Positions 50,901 to 63,300 of a stretch of 64,000 nucleotides of DNA are shown here, one piece after another. Numbering within the stretch: the stretch's first letter is position 1; every line of letters begins with the position of its first letter. A model generated the notes under the pieces. The model was not told the DNA's origin. It searched no databases and saw only the letters and a program-made list of their open reading frames with translations. The stretch lies in assembly GCA_965113315.1 (NCBI GenBank), contig OZ220372.1. One strand, 5' to 3'. The position numbers and the translations under genes were made by a program. This stretch comes from Podarcis vaucheri. Its lineage: Eukaryota.

Positions 50901-52369
50901 AAAGCCATAGAAATCAAACCACAGAGGAAGAATGATGACAATGAGGGGCAGCAAGTAACTTTAAAGACAGACTTATAAGACTTTCCAATGCAAGATAAGT
51001 GGAGTAATCCTTCAGGTTAAATATTATGTTAAGATTTCTTTTCTTTAGTCCATCAAGCTGACAATATGCAACTTAAAGATAATTGTTAAATTTTATTCAA
51101 ATTGCATTTCTAACCCTGCCATTGATACCACATTTACACATAACTATCAGAACTCAATAATGATAGTACACTGTTTAAGACAACTTTCTATATTGTCTTA
51201 TAGTTGTTCCTTATAGTGCATGCTTTAGTCACAAGTGACATTCTTAAAACATTTTTTTTTTGTTCTTAAATATACTGGTCAGGATTTCTTGAATGATTTG
51301 GTTAGATAGGCTAAATCAGAAAAAAATTATTTTTGCATATTTTGGGACTGCCAAAGAACCAAGTTACTCTTAATTATTAAGCTAGTTATTTTACACTTTC
51401 TTAGTTTGAGGTATGCATTAGAAAAGATAGAACTTTACAACCCACTGGTACTAGTCTGTTCTGGAAGCTAGCAGCTTGCTTTTCATATTATGAAATTATG
51501 GCTAGAATATCCACTGTTTTTGCCTGCCCAAGTATGTACTAGCTTCTTTATAATTTAATTTGAGTTCCACTTGGGGATGATGAGTGAGCAAAGTCTATAA
51601 GATATACAGCACAATTGATGGTCAACCCAGTGTAGGCCACTTTAGCTGATAGCCTCTGGCCGTTGGAGGAAACCTGTGGGGCATTTGATGGTTGTGATAA
51701 AAGTGGGTTTGAACTGCTGTTTATAGCTGGAAGTCCTTGTTTTGGTCTTTGTTAATTTCTTTGCAAATGTACTCTGTATATTGATAGAAATGATGACTAA
51801 AATTTATTCAACCGTGAAGTGACCTGGAGAGATCAGAGTGGAGGCTGCAGGAAATCAGGAAAGGCTTAATATTAATAATGTCTCACCCCCAGGGAGAGGA
51901 AATAACAGAGCTAAAACTGTGGTACGTGCATGTTCCTAAAAGGTGAGGCAAAGACATTGGAAATCTGGCATTATGCAATACAAATTGATGCGACCACCCC
52001 TACTGTAAAGTAAAGCAGAAGGAATGGATCCAATCTCTTGTCATTTATTTAGTTCCCAAGAAATAAAGATAAATATCATGCAGATTTACGGTAACTATGA
52101 AGCTGTGGCTGCAAGGCTTTATAAGCATTAGCGTACGCTCTCTGTCTAGGATGTTAAAATAACAACATCAAATTACATATTGATAAACTGAGCAACCCGG
52201 AGTTGTGTTTTCAGGTAGGTTGAAGAGCCAAGTGTTCAGTATTGGACCAACAAGGACTGGCAGGTTTCTTACACAGGTGAGAGATGGGGGATGGTTATTC
52301 CTTTGCAGTTGCAATTATGGATTGGGCAGAGCTTTACAACTGTGTGATTGGCAGGTGATGCTGTTCAGT

Positions 52370-52500
52370 CAGGTGTGGCGAACCTTTGGTCCTCCAGAAG
52401 TTGCTGGACCAGAACTCCCATCAGCTTCAGCAAGCAGGACCAGGGATGATGGGAGTTGCAGTTCAGCATCATCTGGAGGGCCAAATATTTCCCACAACTG
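52370..52500. mobile_element. Family P palindromic MITE
   Basis: tttggtcctccagaagttgctg..aactcccatca / tgatgggagtt..cagcatcatctggagggccaaa. Confidence 0.72.
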
Positions 52501-53153
52501 CTACAAGTGAAGGAGTTTCCTGTAGACTAGCTGATAGCAAGAATCTTCTGGGACAGCCTGCTGCTCAACCTCTTCACTGCCTGATTGGGTATGGGAGTTT
52601 GCTGAGTTTAAAGGATAGTGATCAAAGCTTTGTTGGTTGGTGGACATGGCTAAGCCTGCTCCAATACCTGCATCTGAAGCCTATTTCTGAAGCCCAAAGT
52701 CTTGGGCTATCTTACTACTAATATTACCATGATACCTCGAGCCCAGTTGCTATGAATTCATTATTTATTTTCTTCAGCCTCAGGCAACCACAAATACGGA
52801 TCTTCTGCATTTAGTTTAAGCATGAACTACTGGAGATTGGTGAACAGTGAAGTTCTTACTGGCTTGTCTTGGAGTGGATTTTGGGCATACCGTACAGGCA
52901 GGCATCTGCAGAGTTATTTTCAAGTAGAGAAAACTTGGCTCTTAGTTTTGTCTTTTGCTGATGTTAGAACTGTAGGAGCATGCAATCATGCCTTATGCAT
53001 TATGATGGAGCTTTGGAATGCTTTGCCCACTGAAGTGCATCTAGCTGCATCTTTGACAGCCTTTCACCATCAAGCAAAAGCCCGGCTTTTTCTCAAGGCA
53101 GATTGATGCTGTTGCTTTCTAGCTTCTCATCTATCTGGCTGTACGGATGTGAG

Positions 53154-53337
53154 CAGGGGTGCTAACTGGAATAAATTTTTTTTGGGGGGGAGCCCCGCCC
53201 CACATAATCAGTCACATGACTTGGTGCACATACACCATTTGAATGGCAATGCCCATCAACTTGGGGGAGCCCAACCCCCTCAAATATTTTATTGGGGGAG
53301 CCAAAGAGACCTAAGTCCTTAGGAATTGGCTCTTATG
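53154..53337. mobile_element. Non-autonomous hAT element
   Basis: Perfect 8-bp TSD gatgtgag (53146-53153, 53338-53345), degenerate CA..TG TIRs. Confidence 0.75.
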
Positions 53338-53961
53338 GATGTGAGGGAGAAGGAAATGGATTATTCTGGAAGGAATGATAGTTTGTTGGCTGGGACCCTC
53401 AGCAGGAGCCCTCCACACTGCAACATGTTGTGGGTCCTACTTCTGGACTACAGTATTTCTTTTTTGGGGGAGGGTCCTTTGAATAGCCCTCTTGCCAACC
53501 CACAAACTTCTGTGTTTTAGTTTTTTAGATTGCATCCTTTCCCTTTGTTTCAGTATTCAAATCCCAAGCTGCTTGAGGTGGACTGCTGACTGATCCTTCC
53601 ATCTATATTTTTCCACATGGTAGAAGCCATGCAGAAATAGCCACTGCCTGCATTTAAAATCCTTCATAGGGAGCATAGAATAAGATAATTTTGCCTTGTA
53701 CATCGGCAGCTTAAATCTTACTGACTTACTGATTTAATTAGCCTAAGTGTGTGCAGGATTGCAGCCAAATTATGCTGAGTAATGCTAAGAGGTTAATCTG
53801 TCAGCAGGCAATGGAATTATTCATATATGTTTTACTTGTAGTTCTATTGCATTTCTATGTGGTGTTTGACAGTGCTATTTTCTTGATATACTGTAACTGT
53901 AAAAGGGCTTTGGGTTTCATGTTAAAATCACAAGATAAAAAGGAAGACTGACTCTTGTTCA

Positions 53962-54165
53962 AATTAAAAAATTGTCCAGTACCACCTTAGAGACCAACCA
54001 AGTTTGCTCTGGGTATAAGCTTTCATGTGCACGCACACTTCTTCAGATACATGCACACGAAAGCTTATACCCAGAGCAAACTTAGTTGGTCTCTAAGGTG
54101 CTACTGGACAATTTTTTAATTTATTTTGACTGTGTAAGACCAACACAGCTACCTACCTGAATCTA
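53962..54165. mobile_element. Penelope-like (probably Neptune-type) inverted-pLTR insertion with hammerhead motif
   Basis: ~70-bp inverted arms, 12-bp TSD gactcttgttca (53950, 54166). Minus strand 54013-54050 gtatCTGAAGAagtgtgcgtgcacatGAAAGCTTatac. Confidence 0.8.
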
Positions 54166-55471
54166 GACTCTTGTTCAGTTACACACTGGGATTTAAAGTA
54201 ATGGTGACTAACTTGCTTGATTTCATGGGGTTCAGACCTGGCTTGCTTAAATCCCATTGAGTTCAGTGAGTCTGCTATGTACTATTTAAGACTATAGCCT
54301 TAATCTTGCTCAATAGGACTTACTTCTGAGTAGACATAGTTAGGATAGTGCTGCAAGTCTGGATTCAACACAGAAGTTTCAAACTAATACTCATATCTAA
54401 CTTTAGCTGGATCTGGGCAATTAATACCTGTGAAATGCATGCCCCCAGAGTTTACCAATACTTATTTTCTGGGCTATTCCCACAGTAAATAATATTTTTA
54501 TTGTGTTCCCTAGTCTTTGTTGCCTTCACACACACTGTCATCTTCTGTTATGTATGGATCACTGTTTTATTGTTTTATATTGATTTATTACTTTTGTTAT
54601 ATTGTAATTTTATCATTTCATGTTATATTCCAGTTTGGTGGTGGTGTTTTTAAATACAAAGTTGTCTAAAATATGTTTAAATAAATAAATATAAATCAGC
54701 CTCTATTAAGGACTTTTTGACTATGCACAATGCAGAGGAAAGCTTTCAGCTTGAATGATTTTCATTGCTGAACAGAATTCAATTCTTAGATGCATCAAAG
54801 GCTGCAAATATAGCATTTAAAGCACCTCTTCCCCAAAGAATCAATAGTTTACCCCTCACAGAGCTACAATTCCCAGCACCCTAAACAAACTACAGATCCT
54901 AGGATTGGGTTTTTGGGGGAGGAGGGTGCTTTAAATGTATGGTGTGCACACCAGCCAGTTGCCTGCGGACTGGTAATGTAGAAGGGAAATGCTATACCAT
55001 TTTCAGTGCTATTTAAATAAACAGGCTAGTCAAGGACTGAAACATGACACATAATTGATACCGACTTTGAGCCTTTGTGTTGCTTTTTAAAAAATGTACT
55101 GTAGAATTCCACTTTCCTCTTCTATGGCACTCCAGTAAGAAATATAGAATCCAACTACTACTTCTTTCTTTATTTTTATTTTTTAAAAACCTGATGAGAG
55201 AATCCTCATGTTTGCCTTCACTTTTCTTCTTTGAGGCTTTTTTCATATACAGTAGATCCAGCTAAAGCCTGAATACAATAGTCAAGATTCCTACATCAGT
55301 AGGAAGGGGTAAAATCCACAGCAAGTTTTAGAAGCTTCCAGTTGGGTGTACTTAAAATTATTATTTTTTTAATGAGAAAATCCCTTTAATGCATATGATA
55401 AAAAGCAGGTAGCTGCCTATGAAAATTCATGCCACAATAAGCTTTTATGGTACCGCAAGAGTCTTTGAGCT

Positions 55472-55600
55472 GAATCATAGAATTGTAGAGTTAGGACCAT
55501 GAATGTCATTTAGTCCAACCCCCTGCAATGCAGGAATCTCTTTGCCCTATAATGTGGGGTCAAACCCTTGACTCTCATGTTCTACCTTCTGAGCTATCCC
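55472..55600 (-). mobile_element. tRNA-Lys-derived SINE, degenerate
   Basis: gaatcatagaattgtagagtt..tagtccaaccccctgcaatgcaggaatc..tgagctatcc. Confidence 0.75.
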
Positions 55601-55612
55601 ATGAATTGACTG

Positions 55613-55663
<51 letters not shown>
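55613..55663. repeat. (TG)n(GA)n compound microsatellite
   Basis: Direct reading. Confidence 0.95.
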
Positions 55664-55665
<2 letters not shown>

Positions 55666-56699
55666 CTTAGGAATAATCACATGCAGTGTAAAAGATGAGG
55701 TCGAAGGTGACCTTCCCATGCTCTTTAAACCACTTCCCATATATCCATTTTACAATTTGGAAACAAAGACTAAAGCCCCCAAGAAGCCAATGGCTCCACC
55801 AAGATTTTAGCGCTGGTTAGCATCCAAGTTGGGCATGCTACCAACTGGGCCAGGTATGCTCTCTCTGTAAAGTTGATCTTTGGCATTTAAGATGACTGCT
55901 AGTGTTGCTTGTTTAATTCGTGGGAGGCTACATGAATTACTAGAATTTTGTTATTTGAATGCCCTACTTAAATTATTCAGAGTGTGAGAAATTATAGCTT
56001 GCATAGTCCTTAGCTCATTTTGTAGACCACAACTGAAGAAACAGTTACGTAGAAACAATAAGATTGTAAATGTCAAATTAAGTAGTGCTGAAAATTATGA
56101 GATAAATGCACAGTTCTTTTCTTTTTTCTTTTTGGCCTCTCTCCTTTCTGATTCTGCAAGCTAGCAAAAGTTTGCAAAGGGGAATATGCTGATCTGACAA
56201 CTATATGAAACCTCCCATTGCTCTGTAGTGCTTCATTTCCCCAGTGCCTTATGTTATATTTGTGTAGTCCCTTTTTCAGAAAAGTAGAACGGAGCAAGAA
56301 AGCAAGGATGAGAGTTACAGAACAATGCAATGCAAACTGTACTGTGGTTTTCCGTTACATTATGTAAGGATTTTCAAGCTATGTTAACATAGATCTCCCA
56401 ATAGCTGAGACCATTTCTAAAGCTTGTAACTCTTCTTGAATAAAGAATAGCCTGCACTCCTCTTACTCACAAAGGGAAAGACTGTGACCTAGGTTTATTT
56501 GGCTCACTGGTTGATACCTTGTGGCCCACCAAATGATGTCACTGTATATGCTGGCTGCTAGCAGCTTCAGTGAGAGTGGCCAGTGGTTAGGAGCGATGGG
56601 AATTGTAATCCAGGAACATCTGGAGGGCACAGGTTCCCTATCTCTGGTTTAGAAAAAAAAATTGCATGCAATATATTGTATTGACTGTCATGCTTCGTA

Positions 56700-57043
56700 C
56701 AGTGGTGCCCCGCAAGACGAATGCCTCGCAAGACGGAAAACCCGCTAGACGAAAGGGTTTTCCGTTTTTGAGCTGCTTCGCAAGACGAATTTCCCTATGG
56801 GCTTGCTTCGAAAGACGAAAACGTCTTGCGAGTGTTCTGATTTTTTTCCGCTCCCCCCCTTTCTCTAAGCCACTAAGCCGCTAATAGCCTTTTAGCAGCT
56901 AAGCCGTTAAGCCTTTAATAGCCGCTAAACCGCTAATAGCGCTAATCCACTAAGCCGCTAATAGGGTTGCTTCGCAAGACGAAAAAACCGCTAGACGAAG
57001 AGACTCGCGGAACGGATTATTTTCGTCTTGCGAGGCACCACTG
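56700..57043. mobile_element. Young Tigger/pogo-type MITE, family B
   Basis: TIRs CAGTGGTGCC(C/T)CGCAAGACGAA, TA TSD on both sides, CpG-rich. Confidence 0.9.
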
Positions 57044-57083
57044 TATTTAGTGGATCCCTCAAACCGAATGCCTCCTCAAAGTA

Positions 57084-57317
57084 CAGTGGTAGCTCGGGTT
57101 AAGAACTTAATTCGTTCTGGAGGTCCGTTCTTAACCTGAAACTGTTCTTAACCTGAGGTACCAGTAATGGGGCTAATGGGGCCTCCTGCCACCGCTGTGT
57201 GATTTCTGTTCTCATCCTGAAGCAAAGTTCTTAACCCGAGGTAATATTTCTGGGTTAGCGGAGTCTGTAACCTGAAGTGTCTGTAACCCGAAGCGTCTGT
57301 AACCCGAGGTACCACTG
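57084..57317 (-). mobile_element. Tigger/pogo-type MITE, family A
   Basis: TA-CAGTGGTA..TACCACTG-TA, reverse orientation to the 2509 copy. Confidence 0.88.
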
Positions 57318-57539
57318 TATTGTAGCTATATATTGTAAACTCACTGGTGAAGCAAAAGCTCCCTTCTGAAGGTTTTTGTATATTCTGGCAAATTAAAGTA
57401 GATGTTAGGATCATAGTCAATGGCCTTTAATACCTGGTTCTAGAATTTTTGTCGCATCAAGCTTGTAGGGCCGGGATTGAAAGCAAATGTTTTAACATTT
57501 TTAAATTTGGTCTGAAAGAGAAAATAGCCAGTCCACACA

Positions 57540-57954
57540 TAGATTCAGGTAGGTAGCTGTGTTGGTCTGATGCAGTCAAAATTAATTTAAAAAAAAATGT
57601 CCAGTAGCACCTTAGAGGCCAACTAAGTTTGTTCTGCATATAAGCTTTCATGTGCATGCGCACTTCTTCAGCTCCCAAGTTAAAACAGTTCCACACATCA
57701 TCAGAGATTTGCAACCTCTCCTAGACTAATTGCAGTTGTAAAAGTCGTCAACAGGTTTACCATACCCATTGAGTCATCAACCATCTCCTACTACCCTTCT
57801 GAGAAAAACCCCACCCCACCCTCCCACTATATATAAGGGTTTGGTGACTTCTGTTTCAGTGTATCTGAAGAAGTATGCATGCACATGAAAGCTTATACCC
57901 AGAACAAACTTAGTTGGTTTCTAAGGTGCTACTGGACAATTTATTTATTTATTT
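57540..57954. mobile_element. Penelope-like (probably Neptune-type) insertion: inverted pLTR + 3' fragment + pLTR
   Basis: 57590-57670 is inverted relative to 57865-57945. TSD agtc(c/a)acaca at 57530 and 57955. Same family as 53962. Confidence 0.8.
57861..57898 (+). ncRNA. Degenerate minimal hammerhead motif
   Basis: gtat-CTGAAGA-agtatgcatgcacat-GAAAGCTT-atac: 4-bp stem I gtat/atac, palindromic AGCU stem III. Confidence 0.65.
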
Positions 57955-58813
57955 AGTCAACACATAGTAAAATATACAGTATTAAAACAGAGCCCTGTGC
58001 AGAGGTAGAAGTTATACACACATTAAAAGTGGCATGTATTAACCACCGCAGATCAAACTACACATGGGAATTAAAAAATTAAAATGGCAAAGATACAGCA
58101 GAAAGAGCAGAAAACTTTTTGCCTGTTGTGCTGTAGCACCTCTCCCCACAGCAGAACAGCAAATAACTAAGTGTTTATTTGAACAAATATGGTTGTAGAG
58201 TACAACATTTCTTTAGTCCTGGGCTTGCAGAGAGATGAATGTTTTTCACACCATTTTCTTCTTTTTTGAAAAAGCAAAGTAAGAGGCTTACCCAGAATTG
58301 TCAAGAAATGTTTTGTATCATATTTGCACTTTCCCAAGCAGCATAAAAGTGTGTCCTTTCTCAACTACCTGTGGCAAATCTTTTACATATACAAAATAGT
58401 CTTCTCTCTGCCTCCCATTTTCTTTAGTTGGGCTTTTAATTTTAAATTTGATTCATAAGGACTTGGTGTACTATTCCCTGGAATGAGAAGCCCACAAACA
58501 GTTCTAAATCTTTTTAAACTTCGCAGGATGTCAGCTAGTCCAAAAAGTTCTATGCTGAAAGTTCAAAAAGGTGGAGCCCTGGGGCTTTAATCCTGTTTGT
58601 AAGTTTTACATTTCAGTTCCAACTTTTTCATTCCCAGAAAAAAAATGCTAAAGCCATTTTCCTTCTTCTCTTCCCTCCTTCTTGAATGTGTAAAGGCTTT
58701 TCTTCAATATCGCATTCAAATTTATCCTTAATTACACTCCTTTATAGTAGTCCTTTAATATGCAAATTACTGTTGCAATCCTCATTCATGCTCACTATAG
58801 GGCGTTATTATTA

Positions 58814-59039
58814 CAGTGGTACCTCGGATTACATACGCTTCAGGTTACACACTCCGTTAACCCAGAAATAGTGCTTCAGGTTAAGAACTTTGCTTCAGGA
58901 TGAGAACAGAAATCGTGCTCTGGCAGCACAACAGCAGGAGGAGGCCCCACTAGCTAAAGTGGTGCTTCAGGTTAAGAACAATTTGAGGTTAAGAACGGAC
59001 CTCCAGAACGAATTCAGTACTTAACCCAAGGTAACACTG
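58814..59039 (+). mobile_element. Tigger/pogo-type MITE, family A
   Basis: TIRs and TA TSD. Confidence 0.88.
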
Positions 59040-59253
59040 TACACCCATTTTGAAGACAGGAAGCTGAGGCTACAACGTGCAGCATGGCCATGGCTGAGGT
59101 GCTAATTTAAATTGTGTTTTACAACTATAGCTTAAATCCTATGCATATTCTCCTGGTAATAAGCCTACTACTGAACATAGTAGGACTTCTCAGTAAACCT
59201 ATCCCAGTATTGTCCAATAGTTCTCCAGGGTCTCCGGAGGAAGTTATACATGT

Positions 59254-59479
59254 CAGTGGTACCTCGGGTTACAGACGCTTTGGGTTACAAACTCCACTAA
59301 CCAGGAAGTGGTTGCTCCAGGTTAAGAACTTTGCCCCAGGATAAGAACGGAAATCGTGCGCCAGTGGCACAGCGGCAGCAGGAGGCCCCATTAGCGAAAG
59401 CGCACCTCAGGTTAAGAACCATTTCAGGTTAAGAACGGACCTCTGGACCAAATTAAGTTCTTAACCTGAGGTACCACTG
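59254..59479 (+). mobile_element. Tigger/pogo-type MITE, family A
   Basis: TIRs CAGTGGTACCTC / GAGGTACCACTG-TA. Confidence 0.88.
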
Positions 59480-59968
59480 TACCTAACTTTTTTTCATTGA
59501 AGATGCTAGGGATTCAACTTGGGATCTTCTTCATTCAAAGCAGGTAATCTATTAAGGCAGGTACTAAGCCTAAGGAGCTGACATTGTTCCATGTACTGCT
59601 GGATCCCAGAACAGGAGCCCTCTTCAGGCACAGAAAATAATGGGGATGTGCAACATACTGTCCTGTGAATGGCAAGGCAAGCCATATGACTCCAGATTTA
59701 ACAAACCAGGATTAAATACTAGCATCTTGGCCTTTTATCATGCCTATGTCAGTCAAGGTTCTCCAGCACCTAGCTCCACCACCTGACTAGAAGGAGCCTG
59801 GGTTGGACAATGCACACTCCTGATGCTGGTCCTGCCTTGGATCCTCACTGCATAGCCCCAATAATCTGGTAGAAAAAGTGCAGTAAAGAAGGCATCATTT
59901 TAAAGAATTTAGGTGCAGGAAAGAAGTGCATACAAGATCTAAAAAAAATAAGGGTGTTATCTTAGGAT

Positions 59969-60300
59969 AAAGGAAAAGGGACCCCTGACCATTAGGTCCA
60001 GTCGTGGACGACTCATCTCGCTTTACTGGCCGAGGGAGCCGGCATACAGCTTCCAGGTCATGTGGCCAGCATGACTAAGCCACTTCTGGCGAACCAGAGC
60101 AGTACACGGAAACGCCGTTTACCTTCCCGCCGGAGTGGTACCTATTTATCTACTTGCACTTCATTCTTTCGAACTGCTAGGTTGGCAGGAGCAGGGACTG
60201 AGCAACGGGAGCTCTCCCGGTCGCGGGGATTCGAACCGCCGACCTTCTGATTGGCAAGCCCTAGGCTCTGTGGTTTAACCCACAGCCCCACTCACGTCCC
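59969..60300 (-). mobile_element. Sauria SINE, second subfamily
   Basis: GGGACGTGAGTGGGGCTGTGGG start, B box GGTTCGAATCC. 12-bp TSD ttat(c/t)ttaggat at 59957 and 60301. Confidence 0.9.
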
Positions 60301-63300
60301 TTATTTTAGGATTGTATCCAACTAAAAAGTTCTGCTAGTGAAATCACTCTTGACTGCACAATGGAACTTCCCCTCCCATCTTCTTCTCCTGCACTTCCTC
60401 TGAAACAGAGGGTTGGGAGAAAACTCAGAACAGATTTAGGGGGTGCATGAGGAGGGGAGAGGAAATTTCATTGTGCAGTAATAAGTATTGTGCTAGCAGA
60501 ACTGTTTAGCTAGATACTAACCTAATACTTGGTCAGAAAAATTCATTTTCTTACCCTTCTTTAAATGGAGGGGCTGTGAGCTACAATTTCAAGCAGAATA
60601 TGGTCATTCATTTATTTTGCATTCAGAGTTTCAGTACCTCAAGATGAACTTTCCCTCAACTATTCTCAATTACTACTTAGCAGACAAGGAGGGAAAGAAA
60701 TATAATTAAAATTTATGTTACAATGTAGTTTACTAGAAATGGAAAATTGGTTGGTGGGTTTGTTTTTGGTTTTTTTTAAAAAAAATGTGTACTTGTATTA
60801 CCCACATCCAGAAAAATGGCATATCTAAAACAGTTAGTCTATTCCAACAAAGAAGTCACAGTTAACTGCTCAGCCTCAGTAACAATAAAGATGTAGGCAA
60901 GAGTTTCAGAACTGCATGCTGAACATTTTAATAAGATAAAGAAGGATGAGGAGTTATTCCCAAGGACAGTAATATTTAATCTATCACTGTCTGTTATTTA
61001 ATTCTGCATTTTGAGAAATATTATCCTCAGCACAAAATGAGACTTGCTTTCCATAGATTCATTAGTAAAGCACAGATCCATTCTGCTGGCCAATATTTCA
61101 TTTTGTATTTTGGTCTGACATGTGCTTTAATCTCTTATTAGTCATTTGGTTGAACAACTTGATTAAAGATGGTTCTTTGGAAGTATGGAAAAGATAACAC
61201 TTTAATTAATGTTGTTGGTTAGCTGCTAGCACCTACACCATCCCACATCTTCTGACTGATGATCAACAGTGCTTCCCAAGTTATCTTTGCATTTAGATAA
61301 AAGACTTTCTGATTACTGCTAATTATATGGATGTTGCCCAACCCTCACAAATGCATAATCCAGGTTTCCAAAAATGGGATGATTGGTTTTTAGTTAGCTT
61401 TAGGAGCTGGCTGACAGGCCCATAGAAGCATGGATATTTTACATAAGGTGGGGCAATAGGCAGCTTTATATGTATCAAATCAAACCCAACGTGATAAGTT
61501 TAGCATTCTGCTACACAGTTTTTATGGTCACTGACATCTACAGGTTAAAAAAAAATTATTGTTTTCTGAGAAAAGCTACACTGAAATAAGTAATCATGGG
61601 TATTGCTAGGGGTGGGATGTTAGAAGAGAAATGAGCTTGTTTTCCACACAACTGGTTATTTGTTTTTGAAGAATCAAAGCTCTTGTAATTATCATAGGAT
61701 GTTTCTGAGTTTTCAAAGTTGCTTGGGTGCCTATTTCTTTATTCTTCCATGAACATTCTTTCTCTAATTCTTCCCATGCAACAATTGTGCAACACTCACT
61801 ATGCAAAACAAATCATGCACAGAATGTTTGTACTGATCCCCCCCCCAGGTTCTTTTTGTCTTTCTCTCCCTTTTCTGCCTTTTACATGGCATGTTAGTAT
61901 TTCCCCCTCCTTTCTTCCCCATTCCTCATGACTAACTGGCTGCCTTGGCATCTCGTGTATTCTTGTGAGTATTTTTAGCATCTCTTGAAAAACTCTGAAA
62001 TGGAATCTTGCATCTGATCACCTGACGTTTCAAGCATCCAAATTTCAGCCATCCTTCTCTCTCATCAATATTTTTCTCCCCATGTCTCTGTCTCCACCTC
62101 TGTGTTCATGTGCTATCTAGGGTGATCTTAGTGAGGCATCTGCATATATAAACTATCAAAATTCTATATTCATCAGTGGACACCTTACTCCAAAAGGCTC
62201 TTGATTTGCTATTTTTAAAACACATACCAAAAAACTTTCTCTGTGTGTTGCCATAGTGACAGCAGGGTGTTTACTGTGGTCCCTGTCTTAGGCTTTGTAT
62301 ATGCTAGAGCCACTGTTCTCCTTTGCCTGTCCTCTGTAGTGCTATTAAATTAATTCTGATGAAATAACGTGTCTGTGCATTCAGGGCAAGTGATATTCTT
62401 TTTAAATCTTGAGAAGCTAAACAACTACAGTATGTATGTGTGTGAGAAAGAGAGAAAGATTGCTTTTTGAACAAGAACAGGCTGCAGGGTGTGTTATTTT
62501 TTAGACTAGCACAGTACATCGTCTCCTGATGCTGTAAGTGCCTTATATAGAAACTTGGTAGCTTCTGTTTGCAGAACCTTTTCACTGTTTTCAGAGGAAG
62601 ACCACTGACAGTGCAATATTGTATTCTACAGTCTTTCCCCCCATCTTTCTCTCTATAGTAAGATATTATAGGAGAGCACAAGATCAGAATATGACGGAGC
62701 ATCTACATTTTAAACAATTCTTATGCCACATCCTATTGGGACTTTCCCCAGGAGGAAAAAATAATAACGAAAGCTGCCTTATATGACCTACAGTCCATTT
62801 AATTGTTGACTCAGATCCTAATGAAGTCTTTCCAGCTAGGGCTGTGAAATGATTAAATGGTTTTAGGGGACTGTACTTATATTCATTAATTAAACTTACC
62901 CGGTTTGCATGTTTTGAAAAGCTCAGTATAGGTGAGGAAGTGTGAAATTTCTCATTAATAAAAAGCTAACACTCATTGTTAGGTGGTGTGTGGTATTCAG
63001 GCAGAGTGAATTAACATGTACTGTCCTTATAAACACAGCTCCCAACACCTCTCTTCCCTGGACCCAGGAAAGAGGTGACTAACCTGTCACCATCCAGATG
63101 TTGCTTGTCTTAAACTCCCATCAGTCCCAGCCATCATGGCCAGTGATCAAGAATGATGGGAATTGTGGTCCAGCAACATATGTAGAAGCTAGATTCCAGT
63201 GATCAAGGAGAAAACCTGCTGCAAGCATGTATTAAAAACCCTACCAGAGAGTTTTATAGTGCCTGGTTTAATTACCAGCACTTGTGTGACGCCTGCATCC

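Noticed and set aside
52215-52276. Possible 62-nt exon (ttttcag|...acag|gtgaga)
   Set aside because: Splice-like sites only. No recognisable peptide or partner exons.
56700-57043. CRISPR-like repeat/spacer pattern
   Set aside because: Repeats are short, irregular and enclosed by TIRs with a TA TSD. Vertebrate context, no cas genes.
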